From positions 3,169 to 67,168 of the IMG/VR virus record IMGVR_UViG_3300044712_001160: a stretch of 64,000 nucleotides of DNA; one strand, written 5' to 3'. Below the pieces are notes generated by a model. That model searched no databases, was not told the origin of the DNA, and saw only the letters and a list, made by a program, of their open reading frames with translations. The first letter of the stretch is position 1; each line of letters opens with the position of its first letter. This DNA comes from a virus. The position numbers and the translations under genes are program-made. Below, one piece after another: positions 8,160-18,420 of this stretch.

Positions 8160-10057
8160 CCCTTGTACCCCAAGCTATTCTTGATAACCTTGGAGAGGGT
8201 CAGGCCGGTCGAAACCTCGTAGAGTACTCGGATAACAATCCGAGCCTCATGCAAGTCTTGATCCGACAGTTCTCTCACCGAGTGGTGGTGACCCGTGTCA
8301 TCCACGACGATGAAGACTTCTTCCATCTTGACGCTCATCCTTGTGCTCCTTGAATATACCACGCCCTCGGGCGCTCGTAGGGTTTCAGTCCGAAGTTTTC
8401 CATAAGCCACCTGGCGCGTTTCCGATCCTCTGGTGTCGTCAGGTGCTTGCCCTTCTTCGCCGCCGGCGGTTTGCGACGTCCCGCCTTCGCTGCGGTTGAA
8501 CTCCGCGGGCCAGAGCTTTTCGTTGCGGGTTTTCCCATACTTCTCCTTACACTCCTTGCAAGTTTCCCAATCATAGACGCCGTGTTCGCACGGCGCCATC
8601 CCTCGAACCCAGCTCTCACGCTGAGCCTGTAACTCCTCCTCCGTCATTTGACGAAGTGCCGCTTGCCTCAGTAGTTCCGCCAGTGTGGACATTGACGTAG
8701 CTCTCCACCAAGATCCGCATGATATCGTCAAACGGGTGACGCCCCTGAGTCTCCGACTCATGAAGCCAAAAACCCCTCAGCCCGAACAGCGGAATGAAGT
8801 AGTAGTGACTCGACTCCATCGACTTGCCAATGCCGATGACCTTCGGCGTGACACGAACCTCAGGTCTGAAGTTTTCGAGGAAACTTCCCGCCGCGGGGCC
8901 GCCCAGTGCTATTCCCCCGTACTTCGGCATAGACATCGCCATGTTCCTTTCTTACCTGTTCCAGAACTTCTTCGCTGTAGACCTTCATCGAGTTGGGCAC
9001 CGTTGGGTCTTGGGTTCGCTTTCGATGATAGCTAACCAAGTTTCGAAGACCCCAACGTGTAGCATTCGGATTGATGATTACCATGTTCTTCCCCTTCATC
9101 ATACGTCAAGCGCGAAACCGCTGCAATGCCGCTTCGAGTTCTTGTTTAATGGCCAGCTGCCGCATCAGTTCTTCACCAGAGTAGGCACCCATACGGCTCA
9201 GCAGGTCCATGGCGTTGGTCAGATGCTGGCGCATGTCATGAGATATCTGGCGCCAATGCATGGCCGCCTCATGCTCAGTCATGTCCAGTGTGCATGGCTT
9301 GTAGATATCATCGCCACGCTCGCAGGGCTCACTACCCCGTGGATACCTCCGCGCATCCCACCAACGCCCACAGAACAAGCAGGATCGCTTAGGCTCGGCC
9401 GGCACCAGTCGAATGACGAAGGGGCTTTCTACAGGTTCAACGAACCCCGGGTATTCGATGATGAGCCTTGGCTTGTTCGGCTCTCGACTGTCCAACCACA
9501 TTCGCTTCATTTGATGCTCCTGAGCCTCGTTGCAAGTTCATGTAGCCGCCGATAGTTCTTGGCGTCTATGTCGACTGACTGAAGCCCGGCTTGTATAACC
9601 TCGCCGAGCTCCTTCGCTTCTTCTTTGGCTTGAAGGTCGATCTGAACCTGGTGGCCCTTCAGCGTGGCGAACATTTACACTTGTCCCAATCGGGTCGCCA
9701 CTGCTTGCACTGTGGGCATAGCCTGAGCTTCTTGCCAAAGTACCACTCGAGAGCTTCCTCTTTATTTTGCCTCGAGAGGACTACCTCCGCTTCCTGCATC
9801 GCTGTTTCCAGCTTCTGTGGATCCTGCAGCTTTACCGCTTGATGCAGCTTCGCCAAGACTGAGCGCAATCCAGATACTCCCCGTTTTATCCAGGTGGATC
9901 AGCTTTCTCTCAGCCAGGCGATCCACCAAAGCCTTGGCATGACCCGGAATACCGATACGGCCGGTGTCGTTCACGGCGTCGAGCCACTCCTGCATCTCCG
10001 GCGTCATGCCGTAGATCAAGCGGAGCTGATACAGCGGCAGCCCGACGTGCTCGTCCT

Positions 10058-10723
10058 TCACCTTCGTGATGAAGCGGTATTGGCTATCCTTGTGCTGGAT
10101 TGGGTATTCGTCGCTCGACTTCGCCGCCCAGGCTCCTGCAAAGTTCTTTTCTTCATAGTAGTGCATACGACTCTCCATTGCACGGGGTTCAAGAAGTGCT
10201 CATGAACGTCACAGCTGAAGATCATGGGCATGTCAGTGATATTGGCCTCATCGAGCCAGAACGGCGGAGGTCTACGTGTCCACACGGGTTGCTTGGTATC
10301 GAACATCATCCGACAGCGGAGATAGTAACGATACGCAAGGTGAGTGTCTTCGATGAAAGTGAAGTCGATCCGTCGGCCGTCGTCCGTTGTTCGGGTGGTA
10401 CGGGCGCCATTACGGAAGAACTTCGGCTTCGCGGGACCGTGACTACGCATCGCTTGACCGACGTCCACGAAGGATTTGTGGATCTTTCCGAAGCGGTAGA
10501 AGTACTCGGCAGCGAGGGCATGATGAAACTCCACGAGCCAATTCAGGTTCTGCTTACACCAAGCAGTTGTCGGGTTGTTCTGGTGAACCGGCCGGTATGT
10601 GGGCGTGCCAGTGATCGTGCAATAGAGCTGCGCCGTTTCAAGGGTCATCTTGTTGACCCGCTTGTCATCCATAGCTACAGCGCTGAGCCACGGATCAGGG
10701 TGAGTGCACTGAATGTTGACCAT
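10058..10723 (-). CDS. Pyrimidine-dimer DNA glycosylase / endonuclease V family
   Basis: MVNIQ...DDKRVNKMTLETAQL...YRPVHQNNP...EYFYRFGKIHKS...AYRYY...WTRRPPP.W, typical of the Pyr_excise family. Confidence 0.75.
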   Translation of the reverse strand: MVNIQCTHPDPWLSAVAMDDKRVNKMTLETAQLYCTITGTPTYRPVHQNNPTTAWCKQNLNWLVEFHHALAAEYFYRFGKIHKSFVDVGQAMRSHGPAKPKFFRNGARTTRTTDDGRRIDFTFIEDTHLAYRYYLRCRMMFDTKQPVWTRRPPPFWLDEANITDMPMIFSCDVHEHFLNPVQWRVVCTTMKKRTLQEPGRRSRATNTQSSTRIANTASSRR

Positions 10724-10920
10724 TACTTCTGGTTCACCTTCACCTTTTCGGGTTTCGGAATCTCGATGGTGTAACCGATGATGTAGTCGCACGGCTTGCA
10801 CTTACGCCGCCGCCAAATTGTTGGCCAGCCGTCGTATCGCGTGGTACCCGTGTCGATCACGCTTGATTTCTTGCCACAAATCGGGCAGGTGATCATGTCT
10901 CTTATCTGGTCAGCCATAGA
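10723..10920 (-). CDS. NrdR-like zinc-ribbon protein
   Basis: CPICG.KSSVIDT...IWRRRKCKPC...TIE resembles the NrdR N-terminus. Confidence 0.6.
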   Translation of the reverse strand, partial: SMADQIRDMITCPICGKKSSVIDTGTTRYDGWPTIWRRRKCKPCDYIIGYTIEIPKPEKVKVNQK

Positions 10921-12841
10921 ATCCCCAATGCTACAGCGCCGCCGAGCCAAGTGGAGCCGATGATGTACCGGTCACGGGTCGCCGCCGACACGATCATCAA
11001 GCTGACTATCCCCAGTGTCACCACTTCGTTCACGGTCGAGTACTCCATGTAGTTCCTCCACTCGTCGTGTGAGTTGTTGGATCGCTGCATCATACGACGC
11101 AATGGCAGCAGCTGTAAACACCGGACATGGCGGCGCAGTTTTCTTAGCCTGCTTCCAATGCTGCATCGCAGTTGTTATGGTCTGTAATGCCAGGTCTGTC
11201 ATGTGATGCTCAGTGTCTCGCCGGCTGTCATGTAGCCGGGGTTACAGACTGCGCTCAGTGACAGCTCACCCACAATGCGGCCGTCTTCTAGCATCACGAT
11301 CCAGAATGCCAGGCCGCTGCCGGTGAGTGTAACTGGGTCAATGACGAGCTGGCCTTTTTCGTTCAGCTCCCAGTGGGCATCCACCGGCGTACTAGTGCTG
11401 CCGTCGCTGTACTTCAAAGCTACCTGTTTCATCAGAGAAACCAATCCAAGATCCAGAACGCCCAGCCGCCGGCGACGAATGCCGTGCCGACTACAGCAAT
11501 GATGCCGTTGGGTATTGCATCTTCAGCTGAGCTTAGATAAGCCCTAAGCCAGAGAAGAAAGGCGACGAAGGTAGCGATGAGAAGAAGTATGGTCATGTGT
11601 GATCCTCTATGAACTGATGGACGTTGCCGATGTAGGTCTGCATTTTCCAGCGCCACTTCCGTGTGCCCGGCCAGTACTGCAGCATACTGCCGTGAAGTAA
11701 GTATCCCCATGCCCATGGAGTATACTGATGCCAGGGCGGCGGGGGCTTGAATAGCTGGCACCTGATTTTTCTTTCAAACTCTTCGCCTTGTTCCCTGCCG
11801 GTTCTTAGCTTTCGATGGTTGACGTTGAGCTGTCGTGCTGCCTCTGCGATGCTCTTGTGCCCGTATGTTGGCACCGGCTTGCGGTGGTGAGCCAGCTGTA
11901 GCGTGAAGCTGCTGCCGTACCTCTTGTAGTGCCGGGTGATGACGCCCACACATACACCCAATGCTTTGGCTGCTGCGCCGCGGCTTGGGTAATGGACGCC
12001 ATCAACCGTCACGCTGATGGTGTCAGGGTGTGTTGAGCGCCGCGTCAATGACCGCCTCATCCGCCGGCGTGAACCCCTTGGTGGTGATATCGTTGATCAC
12101 CTCTTCGCTGGCTTTCTCGAGCAGCGCCTCTCGGTCGACTTCGCCCACCAGCTTGCGCAGGATGTAGGCACGGACCATGTCTCTAAGCTTTTGCATTGAT
12201 TCTCTCCATAAAGGCTCGCTTCTGATCTTCGTTCTTGTACTCGGTCAACTCGTACTTCACACGGTCTGGCGTGCGGTTCTCCTTGAGCTGGAGGAACAGT
12301 ACGTCAGTCACATCGAGGAACGGCGCCGGATCGAACGGCGGTGAATTGTCGCCGAGGCTCTTGTAGATCTTCCTCAGCATGATCTGCTCCTTGAGGAGCT
12401 CACGCTTTATCTGCGTCGGAGTCGATAACTCGCCAACCGTCAGGTAGACGTTTACCTTTTCCCCCTGTTTTGGGATTGTCTTTGTGAAGCACGCCAAGAT
12501 CATGGAGTATCTCCTCATACTCTTGGATGATGTTCAGTAGGTAGTCCGTCGTCACGCCATAGCTCTTGCACCAGGGGCAGTAGTAAGTGTGGAGCTCTCG
12601 GGATTTGCTCGGCTGCCAGCGATGGCCGAATATAGTGCAGAGAATGCTCATAGTTTGCCTCTTACTATGATCCGGTATTTGACGCTTTTTGTCGTGCGTC
12701 GACCATGGTGCCTGCTTTTCGGCCAGCCTTTACGGCTACCCACATAGATGAGGCTGGGCCTGTTGTCGCTGAGCATGTTGAACACCAAACAATGGCCTGC
12801 TCTGACGAAATCTGCCAGGCTGCCTTTATTTATCAGAGTCT

Positions 12842-13132
12842 TCATTCCGCTTCTCCCACAAGAGCTCTTGTTGCTACTGCCCAGTCGCGGTACGTCTTTG
12901 ACGTGCCCGACGTAGCTATCTGGTCCAATTCACTGATGAGCTCTTGGATGATCGTGTCAGTGTGACGCCTTGTACTCGCCCAGTCGGGGTGCTGCTGAGC
13001 GATGCTCCAAGTGCTGGCTGAGATATGCGCCAGCGCCGCCGCCTCATTGCTGGTGTAGAACATCCGGATCAGCTCAAGACGGCTTGGCGTTCTACGGCTT
13101 TTTCTTTTGCGTTTGGCTTCAACTTTCGCCAT
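12842..13132 (-). CDS. Hypothetical HTH-like protein (paralog of 13298..13570)
   Basis: PSRLELIRMFYTSNEAAALAHISASTW. Confidence 0.5.
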   Translation of the reverse strand: MAKVEAKRKRKSRRTPSRLELIRMFYTSNEAAALAHISASTWSIAQQHPDWASTRRHTDTIIQELISELDQIATSGTSKTYRDWAVATRALVGEAE

Positions 13133-13297
13133 CTTTCTGCCCTTCTGTCGCATGGTTCGTCACCGCTGATGTACTTGGGCGTGTCCGTGCCATAGAACCC
13201 TTCGAGAACTAGGGGACTGTTGCCGCAAAACCCGCAGTTGTATTCCATCTGTATGTATTCGCCCACGGCTGGTTGCGCGTGATGAATTCTTATCCAC

Positions 13298-13570
13298 TCA
13301 CCCCACATCGGTGTGCCTCGTTGGTAATGTGTCCAAAGCCTGAGCCATTGATAGCAGCAGTAGTTTAACGTCGTCGCGCTGCGCCTCGTTGTGGAGATGC
13401 ATCAGTTCCCGCTGTGCCTGGAATGCAGCTCTCCGAATGACTGCTTCGCCACCACGGACGTGGCCAGAGTTGCGCCACGCAGGCGTTGAGACTCTCGCCA
13501 TGACGGCTAGCTCTTGCGTGGAATACAGCAGCTCGAGCAAATCTTTTTTCGTGGGGGCACTGCCGATCAT
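13298..13570 (-). CDS. Hypothetical HTH-like protein
   Basis: PTKKDLLELLYSTQELAVMARVSTPAW. First gene after a leftward promoter. Confidence 0.55.
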   Translation of the reverse strand: MIGSAPTKKDLLELLYSTQELAVMARVSTPAWRNSGHVRGGEAVIRRAAFQAQRELMHLHNEAQRDDVKLLLLSMAQALDTLPTRHTDVG

Positions 13571-13607
13571 TTTGGGCTTTACCTATTAGAGCTGTAGGGA
13601 TATTCCT

Positions 13608-13637
13608 AACGTATCACGTCTTATGCGGGTATGTCAA
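13608..13637 (-). promoter_or_regulatory. Leftward sigma70-like promoter
   Basis: TTGACA-N18-TACGTT on the minus strand. Confidence 0.6.
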
Positions 13638-13639
13638 AT

Positions 13640-14050
13640 ACTTTTTGTGTCCAGACGGTGGCTCTATGTCTATAGGCGAAAACTGTATAGCGCTAGCATT
13701 TCACTCCTGTTTGGTATCTGGACGATTAGCGTTTGATTTCAAGTACTTATGCGAAATCGAGGGAGAAATTTCGGCAAAAATTACCTTGTATAGCAATGCA
13801 AATTTGCTATGAAATGGAGGGTGTTGGATTGTAAGTGCTTGATTTCATTGAGGGCATGCCATTACTAGCATCGCGTGATTACATGTATGAATATTTACAG
13901 GTTTTGAAGCGTTGATAGATTCAAAAAAGTCAAACGCCCTAGGTTTAGGCGAATGCTGTCGAAAAAGAATGAATAGTATCATGTAGTTATTACTATAACG
14001 CCATTCAAAACTGTAAAAAAGTGTGTAATACGCGCGAGGAAACTTTTGTA
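13640..14050. other. AT-rich non-coding tract, putative origin or packaging-control region, with an IHF site
   Basis: No ORF. Minus-strand AATCAAGCACTTA (13832-13844) matches the IHF consensus WATCAANNNNTTR, with a near match at about 13737. Confidence 0.45.
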
Positions 14051-14437
14051 GCTGAGTGGAATGGCTCTGACCCCTAGGGTGGAACGGCTCCTATAGGTGG
14101 CCTCAAGTCTCTGGAATGGCCCGGCCCAGGCTCTGGTAGGGGACTGTACTCCCCACTACACTGGACCACTCTGGAACCGTAACTTTCCTACAACTAGACC
14201 CCAGAGGCCTCCGGCTGGTGGCCAGAAGCAAAAACTAGTTGCTAGAAAGATAGCTCTAGTAGCCAGCAAGCAAAAAGTAGTTGCTATCTTCTTGCCTACC
14301 TGTCTGCTCTATCTTACCCATCTATCTACTCCGTCTTGCCTACTAAGATGGACTAGTAGTTGCCCAGATAGAGGTTAAGAGACTAGTAGTTGCCAGTCTT
14401 TAGGGCAAGAGAAAGGGCGCCGGAGCGCCCAATCCCG

Positions 14438-14695
14438 TTAGCCTTTGAGGAAGTCGGTGACCGCCTTGCGGTTGGCCGCGTTGTCGGGCCATTCGTACCG
14501 CGTGTTCTTGCGGCCGGGCGCCTTCACCGGGTCGGGAAGCTTCGTCGGCTTCTCCTTCGCCGCGTTCGCGCGGAACTTGCGACGGGCGAGTTTCGGGTCG
14601 GTCTTCAGCTCCCGGGCAAGCTGGGCGAGCGTGAAGGTTTTGGCCTTCGTCGATTTTTCGACGGGCGCTTCGGGGGTTTTGGGTTCGGTCGTCAT
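14438..14695 (-). CDS. Small winged-HTH DNA-binding protein (paralog family, copy 1)
   Basis: TFTLAQLARELKTDPKLARRKFR...YEW. Has its own promoter (about 14770), SD GGAG and terminator (14407-14430). Confidence 0.75.
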   Translation of the reverse strand: MTTEPKTPEAPVEKSTKAKTFTLAQLARELKTDPKLARRKFRANAAKEKPTKLPDPVKAPGRKNTRYEWPDNAANRKAVTDFLKG

Positions 14696-14885
14696 CGTTT
14701 GTTGCTCCGTTCGGGTTAGTCACGTCGTCGTGACACATTCAGCCTATCACGTTTCTTGCTCACTCTCAACGCCATTCTAACCAGGGACGGCAAGAAAAGT
14801 AGCCAGGGGTTACCTGTGGGGGCTGGGGAAAGGAGACTAGAGGTTGCCAGCAAAAGCCTTGGGCAATTTCCTAGCGAGATCGGCA

Positions 14886-14914
14886 TTGCACTGTGGATAC
14901 TTAGACGATATTAT
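14886..14914 (+). promoter_or_regulatory. Cassette promoter 1
   Basis: TTGCAC-N17-TATTAT followed by the leader AAACGAATGGAGG. Confidence 0.7.
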
Positions 14915-14943
14915 GATCTTACGCTAAACGAATGGAGGTTAGC

Positions 14944-15171
14944 ATGACGACTGAACCACCGAAGATGCTCAATGGCTACCCGGTCATCGAGCGTCAGCGA
15001 CTTGACGATGAGACATGGGTGATCTGCTGCTGGCGCGAAGGCCACAGCGTGCACCCATACGTTGTGGCCAAGTGGTCCATCCACTCACCCACCGAATGGC
15101 TGCAAGGCTTCTACTACAGCCACCTTGTTGCCGCGGGCCGTAGCTTCTCAGATATGGTGGGTTCAGCATGA
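14944..15171 (+). CDS. Hypothetical early protein
   Basis: SD GGAGG upstream, 75 aa. Confidence 0.7.
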   Translation: MTTEPPKMLNGYPVIERQRLDDETWVICCWREGHSVHPYVVAKWSIHSPTEWLQGFYYSHLVAAGRSFSDMVGSA

Positions 15172-15323
15172 GGCCTGAGCAGCGGGTGAAGATGAGGAAG
15201 TACGAAGGAGACGATCAGTACTCCTGGGCTGTCTTTGTGGATGGCTGGCCGAAGTGGACCGGCATGAGCAGAGACGAAGCCACGTGGCGCCGCAAGAAAG
15301 AGATTGAAGCACTCAAAGCTTGA
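15168..15323 (+). CDS. Hypothetical early protein (51 aa)
   Basis: Own translation MRPEQRVKMRKYEGDDQYSWAVFVDGWPKWTGMSRDEATWRRKKEIEALKA. ATGA overlap with the upstream gene. Confidence 0.6.
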   Translation: MRPEQRVKMRKYEGDDQYSWAVFVDGWPKWTGMSRDEATWRRKKEIEALKA

Positions 15324-15493
15324 ACTGGAACGGCCCCTAGACTGGAACGGCCCCCTGGACTGGTGACTTACCTCCCACTACTGGTTGCCAGCCTGGTCTG
15401 GAATCGGGCTACCAGTGGTTGCCTTGCTGTGGGCCAGTAGCTTGGCCACCAGTAGTTGCCAGCCTCTCCGGTTAGGAGTAAGCAAGATTCCGG

Positions 15494-15522
15494 TTGATTG
15501 ATGGCTGCCCATGTGCGATTGT
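15494..15522 (+). promoter_or_regulatory. Cassette promoter 2
   Basis: TTGATT-N17(..CCCATGTGC)-GATTGT, leader AAACGAATGGAGG. Confidence 0.65.
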
Positions 15523-15551
15523 GTTCTTGCATCAAACGAATGGAGGTGCTG

Positions 15552-15833
15552 ATGCCTACGATGAAAACTGCCCGCCCGGCTTCGAGCGCACCGAAGCACG
15601 GCGTCACTCTTGACTTCGACCGCCTGCGCGAGATGGGCCTCACCGTCGAGCTTGACCCCGACGCCCGCTGGCTGAACATCAGCGGTGGCTCGATCCTCGA
15701 CCGCGAAGCCGTCGAACACGCCGAAGCCTTCGGCGAAGCGCTGCGCCTGAACCCGGGCGAGATCGACCAGCTGATCGAAACCGGGATCACCATGTCCCTG
15801 TGGGCTCACATCCGCCGCGTGACTATGCCCTGA
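15552..15833 (+). CDS. Hypothetical early protein
   Basis: SD, strong GC3 codon bias, followed by a terminator. Confidence 0.7.
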   Translation: MPTMKTARPASSAPKHGVTLDFDRLREMGLTVELDPDARWLNISGGSILDREAVEHAEAFGEALRLNPGEIDQLIETGITMSLWAHIRRVTMP

Positions 15834-15839
15834 CTGATT

Positions 15840-15860
15840 GAAGCCCTTCGGGGCTTCTTT
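15840..15860 (+). terminator. Intrinsic terminator
   Basis: GAAGCCC-TTCG-GGGCTTC-TTT. Confidence 0.85.
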
Positions 15861-15908
15861 CAGGGTAACATTTTGGCTACCAGTAGTTGCCCGCAAGCAA
15901 GATTGGCG

Positions 15909-15937
15909 TTGATTGCTGGTAGCCAATATGCGATGAT
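15909..15937 (+). promoter_or_regulatory. Cassette promoter 3
   Basis: ATTGGCG-TTGATT-N17-GATGAT, leader GCAACGAATGGAG. Confidence 0.65.
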
Positions 15938-15964
15938 ATGCTATCGCAACGAATGGAGATACTC

Positions 15965-16171
15965 ATGCCTGATCCTCGACCCATGACCACTGAAGTCGCC
16001 TTGCTTCGCGCAGTCACCGCATTGCGTGAACGCTTTACCCGTCATGCCGACCAGCGTGATGCCGAAGCCATCGACAATATCCAGCGCATCATCGACCAGC
16101 GCGGGATGGATGAGCACGAACCCGGCTGTGACTATCTCACCACGGCCATCGACGTCTGGGTATATGGGTGA
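15965..16171 (+). CDS. Hypothetical early protein
   Basis: SD GGAG, 68 aa. Confidence 0.65.
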   Translation: MPDPRPMTTEVALLRAVTALRERFTRHADQRDAEAIDNIQRIIDQRGMDEHEPGCDYLTTAIDVWVYG

Positions 16172-16174
16172 CTC

Positions 16175-16420
16175 ATGCTGACACTGTTCGCCAATGATCG
16201 TGACCTGCCCTTGCCGCAGACGATCGACCCCGACACCTACGTTCTGCCTCCAGAACTCGAGGTTAACTATATCCTCGAATACTTCACCGACGAGGCCCAC
16301 GTGTATGCCCGTGAGCACTACGATGCATATCTGGCTTTGATCGACAATGAGGATGCTGACCCCGATGAGGTTGCCCGCATCACCGACCTCGCAATCGTTG
16401 CTGCGTATGAAGCCACATAG
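16175..16420 (+). CDS. Hypothetical acidic early protein
   Basis: 81 aa, D/E-rich, followed by a hairpin and T-tract. Confidence 0.65.
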   Translation: MLTLFANDRDLPLPQTIDPDTYVLPPELEVNYILEYFTDEAHVYAREHYDAYLALIDNEDADPDEVARITDLAIVAAYEAT

Positions 16421-16510
16421 GGGCTGGGGGCTAGCAACCCCCTTTTAGGTTTCAGGATACCAGCGGTTGCCAGATGCCTAGCGCCCTTGCCACGTCTGGT
16501 TAATTGGATA

Positions 16511-16539
16511 TTGTGCATGGGTTGCCCATGTGCGAATAT
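16511..16539 (+). promoter_or_regulatory. Cassette promoter 4
   Basis: TTGTGC-N17(..CCCATGTGC)-GAATAT, leader GCAAACGAAAGG. Confidence 0.55.
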
Positions 16540-16574
16540 ATGCCTGCAACGACGCAAACGAAAGGCTTAGACCC

Positions 16575-16820
16575 ATGACCACCATCGACATGACCAACCC
16601 GCACGCTCGCGAGTACTTGCAGGTCTGCACTGTCAAGGCTCACCTGAAACTCGTGAAAGCCGGGCTGACTCCACCTCGCGGCGTGACACGCGCCCGACTG
16701 ATGGAGCTCGCGCGTAAGCTGACCGGCCGACATGATCTTCGGCCTCGTGACTACGACGAAGCTATCAAGGCGCTCGAGATCCGCCGCGATGTGCTGCTCG
16801 TCTACCGCAACACCGACTGA
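16575..16820 (+). CDS. Hypothetical early protein
   Basis: 81-aa ORF after the conserved leader. Confidence 0.65.
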   Translation: MTTIDMTNPHAREYLQVCTVKAHLKLVKAGLTPPRGVTRARLMELARKLTGRHDLRPRDYDEAIKALEIRRDVLLVYRNTD

Positions 16821-17092
16821 GGTTTCTACCATTCGTTTACTCAGTCGGCGAGCCGGGTCCTGTTGCGGCTGCGGTTGACTCTCTACTGCCTGGGGAGTTG
16901 ATCGCGGTATGGACCCGGCTCACTAAACTCAAGAACGAACCCCTAGGCTGGAACGGCCTCTCTGGCGTGGCCTCGAGTTCCCTACCAGTAGTTGCCAGCT
17001 GGTCTGGATCTGAGCTACCAGTAGTTGCCCGCGTCCCCTCCGGTAAGTCTGGTCTGGCTACCTCTCCTGCAAGGTGGGAGGTCACATTGGCG

Positions 17093-17122
17093 TTGACAAC
17101 CGGAAAACCCACATGTGATGAT
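17093..17122 (+). promoter_or_regulatory. Cassette promoter 5
   Basis: ATTGGCG-TTGACA-N18-GATGAT, leader CAAACGAATGAGG. Confidence 0.7.
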
Positions 17123-17152
17123 GTCTCGCAACCAAACGAATGAGGCACTCCG

Positions 17153-17521
17153 ATGACCGACGATGAACTGATCCGCGCCTACCTCGCGACCAACACCGTC
17201 ACCCGTGTGGAACCCGGCGCCCGCACGATGACTTCGTCCCAAATGCGCCGCGCACTTGGCTGGGAGCCCGACGTAGTCATGAAGAAACCCCTGATCCACT
17301 TCCACGCCGTCATGCTCGACGAATGTGGCGATGAGTTTGGCGCCGGCGTCGATGCGCCTGACCGCGAAACCGCACGGCGGATGCTCCGTGAGGAGTACCC
17401 CGAATCCCGCGGGATCGTGCAGATCGAGTCGCCCGACGACACGCGCGAGCGTGAGCAGCGCATGTATGCCCGCATCGAGGCCGAGATGAACGGTGAGTTC
17501 TACCCGGAGGATGAGTACTGA
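17153..17521 (+). CDS. Hypothetical early protein
   Basis: 122 aa, strong codon bias. Confidence 0.7.
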   Translation: MTDDELIRAYLATNTVTRVEPGARTMTSSQMRRALGWEPDVVMKKPLIHFHAVMLDECGDEFGAGVDAPDRETARRMLREEYPESRGIVQIESPDDTREREQRMYARIEAEMNGEFYPEDEY

Positions 17522-17589
17522 TGGAGCTTCTCGTTTCCGTCCTGCTGTTCCTAGCGCTGTTCTACTGCGTGGTGAGGTTGCTCGAATGA
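17521..17589 (+). CDS. 22-aa single-TM peptide
   Basis: Own translation MELLVSVLLFLALFYCVVRLLE. TGATG overlap upstream with SD GGAGG, ATGA overlap downstream. Confidence 0.5.
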   Translation: MELLVSVLLFLALFYCVVRLLE

Positions 17590-17726
17590 CCCTGTTCCTG
17601 TGGATTATCGCGCTTGCGTTCGCCCTCGTCCACCCGGGCATGCTCGTCTTCATGACGCCGGGAATCTGCATCACTATGGTAGGCCTTCGGGCCTACTTTA
17701 GTAGATCGGCAACTGCTGGTAGCTGA
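17586..17726 (+). CDS. 46-aa hydrophobic membrane peptide
   Basis: MTLFLWIIALAFALVHPGMLVFMTPGICITMVGLRAYF, SD GAGG. Confidence 0.5.
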   Translation: MTLFLWIIALAFALVHPGMLVFMTPGICITMVGLRAYFSRSATAGS

Positions 17727-17778
17727 GGATCAAGCCTGTCTCGGCAACTACTCCTCCGTAGACCTGGTCAAATTGCGG

Positions 17779-17808
17779 TTGAGCGGTGGGACGCCCACGT
17801 GCGATGAT
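17779..17808 (+). promoter_or_regulatory. Cassette promoter 6
   Basis: TTGAGC-N18(..CCCACGTGC)-GATGAT, leader GCAACGCAATCGAATGGAG. Confidence 0.65.
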
Positions 17809-17839
17809 GTTCAGGCAACGCAATCGAATGGAGACTACC

Positions 17840-18238
17840 ATGAATTACCCGATCCAGACCTACTTCTGCGACACGCCTTCCTGCGGCACTTTCCGGGCTG
17901 ACCAGGCCGAGTTCGAGGACGGCCGCGTCTACTGCCCGTACTGCGGCAACGACGAGGGCGTGACCGACAAGGGCCTGCGCGAGGCCGAATGGGCCACCGT
18001 CGCCGCCTACGAAACCGACCGCGTCTACGGCGGGCCCGAGGAGGGTGGTTGGTATTACACCGCGGGCGAACCGATGCGCGGGACCGCGCGTGAATTCCAC
18101 GCCTGCGACTTCCCCGCGGCCAAGCAGTATGAGGAGCACCTGCGGATGCGCTACGCCGATCACCGCGACGTGATGGTGCGCGTGACGCCCGAACAAGTCG
18201 CCCGCGTGTTTCCGCGCCATCGACCCTCCTATCGCTAA
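17840..18238 (+). CDS. Hypothetical early protein with Zn ribbon (YGGPEEGGWYY motif)
   Basis: CDTPSC...CPYC, and DRVYGGPEEGGWYY, a motif I recall from small phage early proteins. Confidence 0.7.
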   Translation: MNYPIQTYFCDTPSCGTFRADQAEFEDGRVYCPYCGNDEGVTDKGLREAEWATVAAYETDRVYGGPEEGGWYYTAGEPMRGTAREFHACDFPAAKQYEEHLRMRYADHRDVMVRVTPEQVARVFPRHRPSYR

Positions 18239-18361
18239 GGCGAGGCCTTCAGGCCTCCTCTATAGGTTCAGCTACCAGTAGTTGCCAGGGGCCAGGGGCT
18301 GGCATTAGGGAAATGGGTTTCGGGGTTGCCCCTGGTTCCTAAATGCCTGGCGAGATTGGCG

Positions 18362-18390
18362 TTGATCTGTGGATGCCCATGTGCGATGAT
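18362..18390 (+). promoter_or_regulatory. Cassette promoter 7
   Basis: ATTGGCG-TTGATC-N17(..CCCATGTGC)-GATGAT, leader GCAACGCAAACGAAAGG. Confidence 0.65.
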
Positions 18391-18420
18391 ATGCTGCAAC
18401 GCAAACGAAAGGTACTCACT

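Larger units (their letters stand above)
8156..13570 (-). other. Tightly packed run of roughly 25 short hypothetical minus-strand genes
   Basis: Chain of 60-160 aa ORFs with ATGA/TGATG overlaps (e.g. 8616..8942, 9106..9510, 9762..10178, 10972..11202, 11199..11444, 11593..12060, 12183..12518, 12648..12845). Confidence 0.6.

Noticed and set aside
15494-18390. Sigma32 (RpoH) promoters from TTGA...CCCAT
   Set aside because: Spacing between the -35 hexamer and CCCAT is only about 7-10 bp, too short. A 17-18 bp spacing to GATGAT fits a sigma70-type geometry better.
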